64,000 nucleotides of DNA from Gemmatimonadota bacterium (GTDB taxonomy: Bacteria; Gemmatimonadota; Gemmatimonadetes; Longimicrobiales; Gaopeijiaceae), in NCBI GenBank assembly GCA_041390105.1, contig JAWKQO010000004.1, forward strand, positions 64,158 through 128,157. Direction: 5' to 3'. Within the stretch, counting starts at the first letter, position 1. Each line of letters opens with the position of its first letter. Position numbers and translations under genes: made by a program. Shown here piece by piece: positions 27,150 to 37,760 of this stretch. The notes beneath the pieces are model-generated. The model made no database searches and was not told the origin of the DNA. It saw only the letters and a program-made list of their open reading frames with translations.

Positions 27150-28028
27150 TCAATCCGCACAACGGCGTACGAGCGCCGTGGCCAGGGTGCCGCTCATCAC
27201 TTCCTCGACGGGGCCACGCAGAACGACGCTCCAGTCGTCACGCACGGTGACCTGAAAGGTCCCTCCCTCCATCTGCACCACGTGGGATCCCGCCGGGAGC
27301 CGGCCGCTCTTCACCGCAGCGGCGGTCGCGGCACAGGCGGACGTGCCGGACGACGAGGTCCGACCCACGCCTCTCTCCCAGATGCCGATCCGCAACCCTC
27401 CGTTTTCCACCTGCGCCAACTGCACGTTGGTGCCCCGCGTAAAGCGCCGGTGGCTACAGATCCAGGGGCCCAATCGGGCGAGGTCCGCGTCGGGGTCCAC
27501 ACCGAACACGACGAAGTGGGGGTTCCCCATCGAAACGGCGATCCCCTCCAGCGGCCGTCCGGCAGCGTCCGCCAGCGCGTCCGACCCGACCAACCCTACG
27601 GCTTCGGGCCCAAAGGCGGCGTGGCCCATCTCCGCCTCGACGTCCAGTCTCCCCTCCTCGTCGCGCCCATGGATCTGCATGCGGACGGCGCTGCCACCCA
27701 CCTCCACGACAAAGGGCTCAGCTCCGACTTCCCCTGCGGCGAGGAGCCACGCCGCTGTCACACGCAGACCGTTGCCGCTCTTCTCGAACTCACCTCCGTC
27801 GGGGTTGAACATGCGCAAGCGGATGGGCGTCTGCGACGCGTCCACGATCACGACCCCGTCGCCCCCGACGCCCCTCCAGCGATCGCACACGGTCCGCACC
27901 GCGCTCGCACTGACCGGCCACGACTCACCGCGCGCGAACACCAGGTAGTCGTTGCCATGCCCGTGGGCCTTCCGGAACGCATCGCCTGCCCACCACAGAT
28001 CCGCCCCTTGGGTCTCGCTCGCGCTCAC
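27150..28028 (-). CDS. DapF-family (diaminopimelate epimerase fold) protein with Ser at both catalytic Cys positions
   Basis: FRKAHGHGNDYLV, MFNPDGGEFEKSGNGLR, VSMGNPHFVVF and WERGVGRTSSSGTSACAA align with E. coli DapF FSKMHGLGNDFMV, IFNADGSEVAQCGNGARC, VSMGNPHCVIQ and YERGAGETQACGSGACAA. Codon AGC at 27777-27779 and codon TCC at 27348-27350 occupy the two catalytic Cys positions. Start is GTG 28028, or ATG 28127 for the longer ORF. Confidence 0.8.
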   Translation of the reverse strand: MSASETQGADLWWAGDAFRKAHGHGNDYLVFARGESWPVSASAVRTVCDRWRGVGGDGVVIVDASQTPIRLRMFNPDGGEFEKSGNGLRVTAAWLLAAGEVGAEPFVVEVGGSAVRMQIHGRDEEGRLDVEAEMGHAAFGPEAVGLVGSDALADAAGRPLEGIAVSMGNPHFVVFGVDPDADLARLGPWICSHRRFTRGTNVQLAQVENGGLRIGIWERGVGRTSSSGTSACAATAAAVKSGRLPAGSHVVQMEGGTFQVTVRDDWSVVLRGPVEEVMSGTLATALVRRCAD

Positions 28029-28265
28029 GTCGTTGTCCTCGTTCGTCGTGTTGACCACCCAACACCCCCAGCCCCTCTCCGCCGTGAAGCGGGCCCGGCC
28101 CCAGACAGTGGAGCGTGTCATTCTCACACGTCGGGAAACCCCTGCACAACCGGAGTCGTAGGGTCACGGGTTCCGGTACGGGACCGAGGACGCCCGGGTT
28201 CGCAACCTTTCTTGCGGGCCACCCGTCCAACCCTGTGCCGACGACCACTCGAGAGTACGGATCCC

Positions 28266-30929
28266 ATGCAACGCATACATATGGGGGCTCTGGCCCTGTC
28301 CTTTCTGCTCACGGTCGCCCCGCTCGGGGCCCAGGAGGCTCTCGACGCGGAGCCGGCGAGCGTTCCGGGGCGGCGGGCGTTGCCGCCAATCATGGAAGCC
28401 GTCGCCATCACCACCGAGGAGCCCCGCATCGACGGGGATCTCGCGGATCCGGTGTGGCAGACCGCTCCGGTAGCCTCCGATTTCATCCAGTACCAGCCGA
28501 ACGAAGGCCAGCCGGCCACCGAGCGCTCGGAGGTCCGGGTGCTCTACGGCATCGACGCACTGTTCGTGGCGTTTCGGGCCTACGATCGCGAGCCGGACCT
28601 GATCGCGGCCCAACTCACACGGCGGGACGAGATGGGCTACTCCGACCGCGTGCACGTGGTCATCGACAGCTACTTCGACCGACGTACGGCCTTCCACTTC
28701 GCGGTGAATCCGCTCGGGGTGAAGACCGACATGTACCGCTTCGACGACACCAACGAGGACGAGTCCTGGGACGCTGTGTGGGACGTGGCCGCCCGACGCG
28801 ATGAGCAGGGCTGGACTGCGGAGTTTCGCATCCCCTATTCGCAGCTCCGCTTCGAGACTGCCCCCATCCAGACCTGGGGCATCAACTTCATGCGCGAGAT
28901 CGCTCGGCGGCAGGAGCGCTCGGTGTGGGCCCCGCTCTCCCAGCAAGAGAACGCAGTGGTCTCGCGGTTCGGCGAGTTGCGGGGACTGAAGAACCTGACC
29001 TCACCCCGACATATGGAAGTGCTTCCCTACTCGGTCGCTCGCTTGACCCGTGCGACCGGGGATCCGGCGAACCCCTTCTACGACCGCAACGACCTCTTCG
29101 GGACGGTGGGCGCCGATCTCAAGTACGGAGTGACCAGCAACCTCACGCTGGACCTCACGGTCAACCCGGACTTCGGGCAGGTCGAAGCCGACCCCGGACA
29201 GGTGAACCTCTCCGCGTTCGAGTCCTTCTTCTCGGAGCGACGCCCCTTCTTCGTGGAGGGCGCCAGCATCTTCAACTTCCGACTGTCCCAGGGAGACGGC
29301 GACGACGCCAACGAGTCGCTGTTCTACTCACGTCGCATCGGCCGCGCGCCGCAGGGCAGCGCGGATCCCCAAGGGGGCTACGCCGAATCCGATCAGCAGA
29401 CGAACATCCTGGGCGCCTGGAAGCTGTCCGGGAAGACCGCCGACGGGTGGTCGATCGGACTTCTGCACGCGCTGACCGGCCAGGAGCAGGCATCCGTTGT
29501 CACAGGGACCGGCCAGCACGAGAGCCAGGCCATCGAGCCCCTTACGAACTACGCGGTCGCCCGCGTCATGAGGGACTTCCGCGACGGAAAGAGTGCCGTC
29601 GGCATCGTGGCCACCGGCGTCAATCGAGACAAGACCATTGCGGATGAGCTGGGACTACGCTCTGGCGGATACACGGGCGGTGTGGACTTCCGCCACCGCT
29701 TCGCCAACGACGAATGGGAAGTGCAGGGCTTCCTGGTGGGCTCCCACGTGGTCGGCTCCGAAGCCTCGATCGAGGCCACACAGCGCTCCTCTGCCCGGTA
29801 CTTCCAGAGGCCGGACGCGGATCACGTCGAGCTCGATCCCACTCGGACCTCTCTGACGGGATGGTCGAGCAACTTCAGCATCGGGAAGATGGCCGGCGGA
29901 TTCTGGCGGTACGCCACGGGTTTCCAGGCACGGTCTCCCGGATTCGAAGCCAACGATATCGGCTTCATGCGGTCGACCGACGCGCTCTCCCCGTGGGTGT
30001 GGGTGGGATACCACCACTCGACCCCCACCGAGCGCTTCAACCGTTGGAACCTCAATCTCAACGGGTGGAGTGCCTTTACGTTCGATCGCGAGCGCACGGG
30101 CCTGGGCGGGAACGTCAACGGGAGCTTCACGCTCAAGAACTTCTGGGGAGGCTACCTCGGCGTCGGCCGTCAGGTGGGCTCGTATTCACCGACGCTGCTG
30201 CGCGGCGGTCCGCTGTTCAAGACGGAGTCGGCGTGGAACGGGTGGTCCGGCCTCTGGAGCGACAGTCGCCGACCGCTGCGAATGGAAATGAACGGATGGT
30301 GGGGCGTGCGACCCGAGAGCGATTCCTGGAATGTGGGAATCGGCACGGGCGCCACCTGGCGCGCGTCCAACGCGACCCAACTGTCGCTGCGGCCGCAGTT
30401 GGGCTTCAACGTCGACGATCGTCAGTGGGTGACCCGCATCGGCGCTTCCGCAGACCCGACCTATCTGTTGGCCCGGCTCGAGCAGAAGACCTTCGGCATC
30501 ACGGCTCGGTTCGACTACACCTTCACTCCGGACCTGTCCCTGCAGCTCTACGCTCAGCCCTTCCTGGCCAGCGGGAGCTACACCGATTTCAAGACCGTGG
30601 CCGATCCCCGCAACGAGCGCTACGAGGAGCGGGTCCAACCCGTGGGCGCGTCCGAGAGCGACGGGGTCTACACTGGCGACGCGGATGGCGACGGAACGCC
30701 CGAGACGTGGGACAACCCCGACTTCAACTTCGGTCAGTTCCGCTCGAACGCGGTGCTGCGCTGGGAGTATCGACCCGGCTCCGCGCTCTTCCTGGTCTGG
30801 TCGCAGGGACGGGACCGGTACCGGGCTCTCGACGGAAGCCTGAGCGTGGATCGGGATCTGGATCGCCTCTTCGGCCGGCGCCCCGACAACATCTTCCTGA
30901 TCAAGGTCAGCTACTGGCTGAACCCCTGA
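28266..30929 (+). CDS. CBM9-like / DUF5916-type outer-membrane protein
   Basis: ATG 28266 gives MQRIHMGALALSFLLTVAPLGAQ, a signal peptide. PRIDGDLADPVWQTAPVASDFIQYQPNEGQPATERSEVRVLYGIDALFVAFRAYD...VVIDSYFDRRTAFHFAVNPLGVKTD...GWTAEFRIPYSQLRF. The C-terminal half is long and beta-rich and ends in IFLIKVSYWLNP. The 1215-aa track ORF is an upstream extension. Confidence 0.65.
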   Translation: MQRIHMGALALSFLLTVAPLGAQEALDAEPASVPGRRALPPIMEAVAITTEEPRIDGDLADPVWQTAPVASDFIQYQPNEGQPATERSEVRVLYGIDALFVAFRAYDREPDLIAAQLTRRDEMGYSDRVHVVIDSYFDRRTAFHFAVNPLGVKTDMYRFDDTNEDESWDAVWDVAARRDEQGWTAEFRIPYSQLRFETAPIQTWGINFMREIARRQERSVWAPLSQQENAVVSRFGELRGLKNLTSPRHMEVLPYSVARLTRATGDPANPFYDRNDLFGTVGADLKYGVTSNLTLDLTVNPDFGQVEADPGQVNLSAFESFFSERRPFFVEGASIFNFRLSQGDGDDANESLFYSRRIGRAPQGSADPQGGYAESDQQTNILGAWKLSGKTADGWSIGLLHALTGQEQASVVTGTGQHESQAIEPLTNYAVARVMRDFRDGKSAVGIVATGVNRDKTIADELGLRSGGYTGGVDFRHRFANDEWEVQGFLVGSHVVGSEASIEATQRSSARYFQRPDADHVELDPTRTSLTGWSSNFSIGKMAGGFWRYATGFQARSPGFEANDIGFMRSTDALSPWVWVGYHHSTPTERFNRWNLNLNGWSAFTFDRERTGLGGNVNGSFTLKNFWGGYLGVGRQVGSYSPTLLRGGPLFKTESAWNGWSGLWSDSRRPLRMEMNGWWGVRPESDSWNVGIGTGATWRASNATQLSLRPQLGFNVDDRQWVTRIGASADPTYLLARLEQKTFGITARFDYTFTPDLSLQLYAQPFLASGSYTDFKTVADPRNERYEERVQPVGASESDGVYTGDADGDGTPETWDNPDFNFGQFRSNAVLRWEYRPGSALFLVWSQGRDRYRALDGSLSVDRDLDRLFGRRPDNIFLIKVSYWLNP

Positions 30930-30958
30930 GGGCTCCGCGCCCGTCCGTCTCCGCGCCG

Positions 30959-30993
30959 TCCTCCCCGTCCCCAGCCCCTGGGGGTGGGGAGGA
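30959..30993 (+). terminator. Strong hairpin downstream of 28266-30929
   Basis: tcctccccgtcccca / gcccc / tgggggtggggagga: a 15-bp stem that includes two G-U pairs, with a 5-nt loop. It starts 30 nt after the stop. There is no U-tract. Confidence 0.4.
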
Positions 30994-31213
30994 CGCCTGC
31001 GGGAACCCACTCCGGCGAGGGGTGTAGGCCCCGCTCGACAACATGGAATCCGTGGTGATTTGCGGCGTATTGCGGCCACGTAAAACAACCCGCTAAAAGG
31101 CCCGCCCCCTGGGGCGTTCTCTTCGGCGGGGGTCCTCGCCGTTCCTCACCCCGACAATCGAGCGCCGGCGCCGCCGCGTCGCCTTCCGTGGTCCGGAAGG
31201 TGCAAGAGGCCCC

Positions 31214-34200
31214 GTGCCTCCCCTGAACCCGAGAGACGACGTGACCCATCAGGCCCCATCGATCCGAGAACTCCTCGAGCGCCTTCTCGCGGAGCGCATC
31301 CTGGTCCTCGACGGGGCCATGGGGACGATGATCCAACGCCATCGGCTCACGGAGGCGGACTTCCGCGGCGAGCGCTACGCCCATCATCCCCGGTCCCTGC
31401 AGGGCAACAACGACCTCTTGGCCCTGACGCGTCCCCACGTGATCGAGGGCATCCACCGCGAGTACCTGCAGGCCGGCGCGGACATCCTCGAGACCAACAC
31501 GTTCAACGCCAACCGCGTCTCCCAGTCCGACTACGGCACCGAGGGAGACGCCTACGAGATCAACGTCGCGGCAGCCCAGCTGGCGCGCGGCGTAGCCGAT
31601 GAGTTCACCGCGCGCGATCCAGCGCGGCCCCGTTTCGTGTGTGGCGTGCTCGGCCCTCTCAATCGCACTGCCTCCATCTCGCCGGACGTCAACGACCCCG
31701 CGTTTCGCAACATCACGTACGCTCAGATCGTCGAGGCCTACCGCGAAGCCGCCCAGGGCCTCCTGGACGGAGGCGCGCACGTGCTGATGGTGGAGACGAT
31801 CTTCGACACCCTGAACGCGAAGGCGGCGCTCTTCGCGTTGACGGGCCTCCTGGAGGAGCGCGGGGTGGATGTCCCCATCCTGATCTCCGGGACCATCACC
31901 GACCAGAGCGGACGGACCCTGACCGGGCAGACGCCGGAGGCGTTCTATCGCTCCATGCGTCATGCCCGACCGCTGTCCATCGGGCTCAACTGCGCCTTGG
32001 GTGCCCGTCAACTGCGGCCGTACCTGGAGGAGATCGCCGGGCTCGCCGAGTGTTGGGTCAGCTGCCACCCCAACGCCGGCCTGCCGAACGAGTTCGGCGA
32101 GTACGACGAGTCCGCCGACACGATGGCCGGCCTCGTTCGCGAGTTCGCGACCAGCGGATTCGTCAACATCGTGGGGGGTTGTTGCGGCACCACCCCCGCG
32201 CACGTCGCGGCCATCGCACGCGCCGTGCAGGACCTCCCGCCGCGGCCACGGCCGACCCCGGATCGAGTGTGCCGGCTGGCTGGCCTCGAACCTCTGACGA
32301 TCACTCCCGATTCGCTGTTCGTGAACATCGGCGAGCGCACGAACGTCACCGGCTCCGCGCGCTTCGCTCGACTCATTCGAGAGGGAGACTACGAGACGGC
32401 ACTACAGGTGGCTCGCCAGCAGGTCGAGAGCGGCGCCCAGATGATCGACGTCAACATGGACGAGGGACTGCTGGACGCCGAAGCGGCCATGACCCGTTTC
32501 CTCAACTTGATCGCGTCGGAGCCCGACATCAGTCGAGTCCCCATCGTGGTCGATTCGTCCCGCTGGGAGGTGATCGAGGCAGGTCTTCGGTGTATCCAGG
32601 GCAAGCCGGTCGTGAACTCCATCAGCCTCAAGGACGGCGAGGAGGACTTCGTCACCAAGGCGCGCCTGGTCCGCCGCTACGGGGCCGCGGTGATCGTCAT
32701 GGCGTTCGATGAACGCGGGCAGGCGGACAGCGAGGATCGCAAGGTGGAGATCTGCACGCGGGCCTATCGCATCCTGACGGAGCAGGTCGGCTTCCCGCCC
32801 GAGGACATCATCTTCGACCCCAATATCTTCGCGGTCGCGACCGGGATCGCCGAGCACAACCGCTACGCACTCGATTTCCTGGGAGCCACCCGCCGGATCA
32901 AGGACTCGTTGCCCGACGCCCTCGTATCGGGTGGCGTCAGCAACCTCTCCTTCTCCTTCCGCGGCAGCCCCCACGTCCGAGAGGCCATGCACTCGGCGTT
33001 CCTCTACCATGCCATTCGAGCCGGGATGGACATGGGGATCGTCAACGCTGGGGCGCTGGTCGTGTACGACGAGATCCCGGCGGAGCTCCGCGACGCGATC
33101 GAGGACGTCCTCTTCGATCGACGGCCCGACGCTACCGAGCGCCTGACCGCCTTGGCCGATCAGTTCCGCGGAGCGTCCAACGCGGTCACTGAGACGTTGG
33201 AGTGGAGGTCCCTCCCCGTCGAGGCCCGCATCGAGCACGCCTTGGTCAAGGGCGTGGCCGACTTCATCGAAGAGGACGCAGAGGAGGCCCGTCGGGGCAG
33301 AACCCGCGCCATCGAGGTGATCGAGGGCCCTCTGATGGACGGTATGAACGTGGTGGGTGATCTCTTCGGCGCAGGAAAGATGTTCTTGCCCCAGGTGGTC
33401 AAGAGCGCGCGCGTCATGAAAAAGGCCGTCGCCTATTTGGTTCCCTTCATCGAGGAAGAGAAAGCAGCCAGCGGCGAGACGCGGTCGAAGGGCAGAATCC
33501 TGTTGGCCACCGTGAAGGGCGATGTCCACGACATCGGGAAGAACATCGTCGGTGTGGTGCTGGCCTGCAACAACTACGAGATCATCGATCTCGGCGTCAT
33601 GGTACCTTCGGATAAGATCCTGGAGCGAGCCCGCGCGGAGCACGCGGACGTGATCGGACTCTCGGGGCTCATCACCCCTTCCCTCGAACAGATGGTCCAC
33701 GTGGCCAGCGAGATGGAGCGCGAAGGCTTCGAGATCCCGCTGCTGATCGGGGGAGCCACCACCTCCAAGGTGCACACCGCAGTCAAGATCGAGGAGCGCT
33801 ATCACGGCCCCACCGTGCACGTCCTCGACGCCTCTCGCAGCGTGGGCGTGGTGGGGACCCTGCTCGACGCCAGCCAGCGGGATGCGTACGTGGCGCAGGT
33901 CCGCGAGGAATACTCCCATCTGCGCCGCCACCAATCGGCGCGCCGGGCCGGCCAACGCACGCTCACTTTCGAGGAAGCCCGCCGCCGCCGGCATCGGGCC
34001 GACTGGAGCGCCTACCGACCTGTGGCACCGCGCAGGCCGGGCATCACGGTGTTCGACGACTATCCGCTGGCTGAGCTGGTACCCTTCATCGACTGGACGC
34101 CCTTCTTCCGCACCTGGGAATTGGCAGGACGGTATCCGGACATCCTGGACGACGCCACCGTGGGCGTGCAGGCCCGCGGACTGCTGGAGGATGCCCACGT

Positions 34201-34942
34201 GCTGCTGGAGCGGATGGTTCGCGAGCGGCTTCTCACCGCACGCGCCATCGTCGGTCTCTTTCCTGCGGCCGCCCACGGGGAGGATGTCCACATTTTCCCC
34301 ACCGGCGACCGCGCCGGTCCGGGCGTCGCTTTTCGTCACCTGCGACAACAGTTCGACAAGGACGGGCGCCCCAACCTGTCACTCGCCGACTTCGTCGCTC
34401 CACGCGACTCGGGCGTGGAGGACTGGACCGGCGCCTTCGTGGTCACGGCCGGAGTCGGCCTCGACGGGCTGGTTGCGACCTTCGAAGCGGACCACGACGA
34501 CTACCACGCCATCCTCGCAAAGGCGTTGGCCGACCGTCTTGCCGAAGCCTTCGCCGAGCACATGCACCAGCGGGTGCGCCGCGAGCTGTGGGGCTATGCT
34601 CCAGAGGAGAGCTTCGACAACGAGGCGCTCATCGCGGAACGGTATCGCGGAATCCGTCCCGCGCCCGGATACCCCGCCTGCCCTGATCATACCGAGAAGC
34701 GCGCCCTCTTCGACGTCCTGGCAGCCGAGCGTATCGGGGTTTCGCTGACGGAGAGCTGTGCGATGCTTCCCACCGCCACCGTGAGTGGGTGGTACTTCGC
34801 CCACCCCGACAGCCAGTACTTCGGCGTCGGCCGGATCGGGCGGGACCAGGTCGAGGACTACGCCCAGCGCAAGAGCATGCCCACCGACGAGGTGGAACGC
34901 TGGCTCTCACCCAACCTCGCCTACGACCCGGGAAGCGTATGA
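31214..34942 (+). CDS. metH: Cobalamin-dependent methionine synthase
   Basis: 1242 aa. Hcy domain ([30 protein letters not shown]), pterin-binding domain, B12-binding domain ([27 protein letters not shown]), and the AdoMet activation domain ([15 protein letters not shown]). Confidence 0.97.
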   Translation: MPPLNPRDDVTHQAPSIRELLERLLAERILVLDGAMGTMIQRHRLTEADFRGERYAHHPRSLQGNNDLLALTRPHVIEGIHREYLQAGADILETNTFNANRVSQSDYGTEGDAYEINVAAAQLARGVADEFTARDPARPRFVCGVLGPLNRTASISPDVNDPAFRNITYAQIVEAYREAAQGLLDGGAHVLMVETIFDTLNAKAALFALTGLLEERGVDVPILISGTITDQSGRTLTGQTPEAFYRSMRHARPLSIGLNCALGARQLRPYLEEIAGLAECWVSCHPNAGLPNEFGEYDESADTMAGLVREFATSGFVNIVGGCCGTTPAHVAAIARAVQDLPPRPRPTPDRVCRLAGLEPLTITPDSLFVNIGERTNVTGSARFARLIREGDYETALQVARQQVESGAQMIDVNMDEGLLDAEAAMTRFLNLIASEPDISRVPIVVDSSRWEVIEAGLRCIQGKPVVNSISLKDGEEDFVTKARLVRRYGAAVIVMAFDERGQADSEDRKVEICTRAYRILTEQVGFPPEDIIFDPNIFAVATGIAEHNRYALDFLGATRRIKDSLPDALVSGGVSNLSFSFRGSPHVREAMHSAFLYHAIRAGMDMGIVNAGALVVYDEIPAELRDAIEDVLFDRRPDATERLTALADQFRGASNAVTETLEWRSLPVEARIEHALVKGVADFIEEDAEEARRGRTRAIEVIEGPLMDGMNVVGDLFGAGKMFLPQVVKSARVMKKAVAYLVPFIEEEKAASGETRSKGRILLATVKGDVHDIGKNIVGVVLACNNYEIIDLGVMVPSDKILERARAEHADVIGLSGLITPSLEQMVHVASEMEREGFEIPLLIGGATTSKVHTAVKIEERYHGPTVHVLDASRSVGVVGTLLDASQRDAYVAQVREEYSHLRRHQSARRAGQRTLTFEEARRRRHRADWSAYRPVAPRRPGITVFDDYPLAELVPFIDWTPFFRTWELAGRYPDILDDATVGVQARGLLEDAHVLLERMVRERLLTARAIVGLFPAAAHGEDVHIFPTGDRAGPGVAFRHLRQQFDKDGRPNLSLADFVAPRDSGVEDWTGAFVVTAGVGLDGLVATFEADHDDYHAILAKALADRLAEAFAEHMHQRVRRELWGYAPEESFDNEALIAERYRGIRPAPGYPACPDHTEKRALFDVLAAERIGVSLTESCAMLPTATVSGWYFAHPDSQYFGVGRIGRDQVEDYAQRKSMPTDEVERWLSPNLAYDPGSV

Positions 34943-36792
34943 ATCTGTTGCGGGAGTGGATCGGAGACGAACGCGTCCACATCATGGACGGCGCCATGGG
35001 CACGTTGCTCTACGAGCGTGGCGTCTTCGTCAACGTCTGCTACGACGAGCTGTCCATCTCCGAGCCCGACCTGATCCGCGGCGTGCATGAGGAGTACGTA
35101 CGGGCCGGCGCCGAGATCCTCGAGACGAACACATTCGGCGCCAACCCCGTGAAGCTGTCGGCATTTGGGTTGGACACGCGCACAGAGGAGATCAACGCCG
35201 CCGCGGTGGCCTGTGCCCGCGAGGCGGCTCGGGGCGCGGCGGCCGTGATCGGAGCCATCGGACCGCTGGGCGTGCGAATCGAGCCCTGGGGCCCCACCTC
35301 GTACGAAGAAGCAGTCGGCTACTTCCGCCGACAGGTCGTCGGGCTGCTCGAGGGGGGCGTCGACGGCATTCTCTTCGAGACCTTTGCCGACCTGGACGAG
35401 TTGCGCGCAGCGATCGAGGCCGCACGCGCGGAGACCGACCTGCCCGTCATCGCGCAGATGACGGTCGACGAAGACGGCCGCACACCGCTGGGCACGCCGA
35501 CGGCAACCCTGGCCGCGGCGCTCGAGGATTGGAAGGTTGACGTCGCCGGACTCAACTGCTCCGTCGGGCCGGCGGTCATGTTGGACGCCATCGAGGAGAT
35601 GGCCGACATCGTGACCATGCCGCTCTCGGCCCAACCCAACGCCGGCGTGCCACGTACGGTCCGGGACCGGAAGATCTACATGGCCAGCCCGGAGTACATG
35701 GGGCGCTACGCGCGTCGTCTCATCGAAGCGGGCGCCCGCTTCGTGGGTGGTTGCTGCGGCACCACGCCGGAACACATCCGTCGCATCCGTGACTCGGTGG
35801 CGGCCATGCAGCCGCGAGGCGCGCACGTGCAGGTGGCGCTGCCCGCCCCGTCCGCCAGCGCGGCGCCGGTGCTCGCGACCCCCATCGAGGAGCGCTCTCG
35901 ACTCGGGCGCAAGCTCATTCGCCGCGAATGGATCACCAGCGTCGAGATCGTCCCGCCCAAGGGTTGGGATCCCTCCGCCATGCTCGAGCGCGCACGGCAG
36001 GCGTATCTAGCCGGGGTCGACGCCGTCGCCGTGTTGGACGCTCGCGGGCACGGTCGGATGGGCGGCATCGCCTCGGCTCTGGTGCTGCAACGCGAGGTGG
36101 GCATCGAGCCCATCGTCCACTATACCTGCCGCGACCGGAACATGCTGGGCATGATCTCCGATCTCCTGGGGGCGGCGGGGGCTGGGCTGCGCAACCTGCT
36201 GGTCACCACGGGAGATCCCTCCGCCATGGGGCCCTACGCGGAGGCTTCCGCGGTCTTCGACATCGACTCCATTGGTCTGACCAACGTCTTGAGCGCGCTG
36301 AATCGCGGCGTCGACCCCGGTGGCGCGTCCATCGGTGAGCCCACCCGCTTCGTGATCGGCATCGTGGCCAGACCGGCGGCGATCGATCCGGAGCGCGAAG
36401 TGGAGCGGTTCGCGTACAAGGTGGAAGCCGGCGCGGAGTACGCGCTGACCCAAGCCGTCTTCGATCCCGAGCGGCTCGTGTCGTTCCTGGACCGGACCGC
36501 GCGCTGGCGCATCCCCACACTGGCTGCGGTGCGCCCTCTGCTCTCCGTACGCGACGCGGAGTTCCTACACAACGAAGTACCGGGAATCGTGATTCCCGAT
36601 GACGTTATCGAACGGATGCGTCGCGCCGAGACGCAAGGGGCCTCCCACGCCATCGAGGAGGGCGTGCGCATCGCGGTGGAGACGGCTGTGGCCTTGCACG
36701 ATCGAGTGCAGGGATTGCACGTCAGCGCGCCCAGCGGTCGCCACGACCTGGCGCTGCGCGTCCTGGACGAGGTGAGGGTCGAGCGGGGCTGA
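34939..36792 (+). CDS. yitJ: Bifunctional homocysteine S-methyltransferase / methylenetetrahydrofolate reductase (YitJ-like fusion)
   Basis: ATG 34939 overlaps the metH stop as ATGA. The N-terminal half reads [23 protein letters not shown] and [10 protein letters not shown]. The C-terminal half reads SVEIVPPKG...YTCRDRN...NLLVTTGDP..., which is MTHFR-like. At 617 aa it has the same architecture as B. subtilis YitJ. Confidence 0.88.
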   Translation: MNLLREWIGDERVHIMDGAMGTLLYERGVFVNVCYDELSISEPDLIRGVHEEYVRAGAEILETNTFGANPVKLSAFGLDTRTEEINAAAVACAREAARGAAAVIGAIGPLGVRIEPWGPTSYEEAVGYFRRQVVGLLEGGVDGILFETFADLDELRAAIEAARAETDLPVIAQMTVDEDGRTPLGTPTATLAAALEDWKVDVAGLNCSVGPAVMLDAIEEMADIVTMPLSAQPNAGVPRTVRDRKIYMASPEYMGRYARRLIEAGARFVGGCCGTTPEHIRRIRDSVAAMQPRGAHVQVALPAPSASAAPVLATPIEERSRLGRKLIRREWITSVEIVPPKGWDPSAMLERARQAYLAGVDAVAVLDARGHGRMGGIASALVLQREVGIEPIVHYTCRDRNMLGMISDLLGAAGAGLRNLLVTTGDPSAMGPYAEASAVFDIDSIGLTNVLSALNRGVDPGGASIGEPTRFVIGIVARPAAIDPEREVERFAYKVEAGAEYALTQAVFDPERLVSFLDRTARWRIPTLAAVRPLLSVRDAEFLHNEVPGIVIPDDVIERMRRAETQGASHAIEEGVRIAVETAVALHDRVQGLHVSAPSGRHDLALRVLDEVRVERG

Positions 36793-36818
36793 GCGGCCAG
36801 CCACGGAGCTCCTTCCCC

Positions 36819-37628
36819 GTGGCAAGGGCGGTCCCCCAGCGCGCAAGCGCGCGTCGCTCACGTGCGACACCGACCAGGATTGGCCCCCAACTTGCCGCCC
36901 CTCGGGGGATTCAGCTCCCGACCCCCCGCTTTCCCCGAAACGCCGTGCCACGCCGTCAGCCGACCTACGCGATCCGCTACGTCGACCCGTCCCACCCGGA
37001 AGAGGCGTGGGCCCCCGCACTGGTCGCCGGAGGCATCGCCGCAGTCGTGGGGGGCGCACTCTGGTCCGTCGTCATGGCCGTGTCGCCTCTGGGGCTGGAT
37101 GTCCTCGCGGTGGGCATCGGCGTCCTGGTCGGGGTGGCCATGGCGGCTGCGACCGCCGCGCGGCGAGCCATGCTGAGCGCCACGGCCGCTCTGCTCACCC
37201 TGGTGGGGATCCTCACCGGCATGTTGCTTACGGTGCAGATGTCGCCCGATCTCGGCGTATCCCGGATGATCGTCGATGATGCGGACGCACTTGCGGGTGT
37301 CGCCTTCTGGAAATTGCAGCGGACGCATCAGGTTCCGGAGGGAACGCTCAGAGAGCTAGAGGCGTTGGGACCCGCCGACACGGTTCCGGATCTGCTCTGG
37401 GCGGAGATGCTGACGCTGGGGCACGACCACGTACGCTCCCTGGACCCCGACGCTCGGGAAGCCCTCGCCCGCGAGTTCACCGAGGGCTTCATCCGCGAGG
37501 GGGGGGCCCTGGGGCGGCTCCGCACCGAAACGGACCTGCTGGACCTGCTGTGGGGCCTGGTCGCCATGGCGGCGGCGGCATGGCTGGCGGGGCGGGCGCG
37601 CGAGTCCAGTCCCGCTGGGGGCCCCTGA
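36819..37628 (+). CDS. Hypothetical integral membrane protein
   Basis: Third-position GC becomes high only from about 36950 onward. There are TM segments (ALVAGGIAAVVGGALWSVVMAV, VLAVGIGVLVGVAMAAA, ALLTLVGILTGMLL) and a C-terminal TM. The start is uncertain; GTG 36945 is a plausible alternative. I recognise no family. Confidence 0.5.
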   Translation: MARAVPQRASARRSRATPTRIGPQLAAPRGIQLPTPRFPRNAVPRRQPTYAIRYVDPSHPEEAWAPALVAGGIAAVVGGALWSVVMAVSPLGLDVLAVGIGVLVGVAMAAATAARRAMLSATAALLTLVGILTGMLLTVQMSPDLGVSRMIVDDADALAGVAFWKLQRTHQVPEGTLRELEALGPADTVPDLLWAEMLTLGHDHVRSLDPDAREALAREFTEGFIREGGALGRLRTETDLLDLLWGLVAMAAAAWLAGRARESSPAGGP

Positions 37629-37760
37629 GCGGGTCACGCACAGCTTCGGCCCATGAGGGTTCCCACCACCCTCGCCCAAGGAGTTCTCCCGACATTCCCG
37701 GCACCGCCCCACGGCCTACCCTCAGCTAGTGTTCCAAGTCCTCAACGGAGGGAGGTGTCC

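Noticed and set aside
30911-34348. 430-aa and 648-aa minus-strand ORFs antisense to metH
   Set aside because: metH is unambiguous on the plus strand across all four domains. The antisense ORFs have no motifs and show GC-bias composition.
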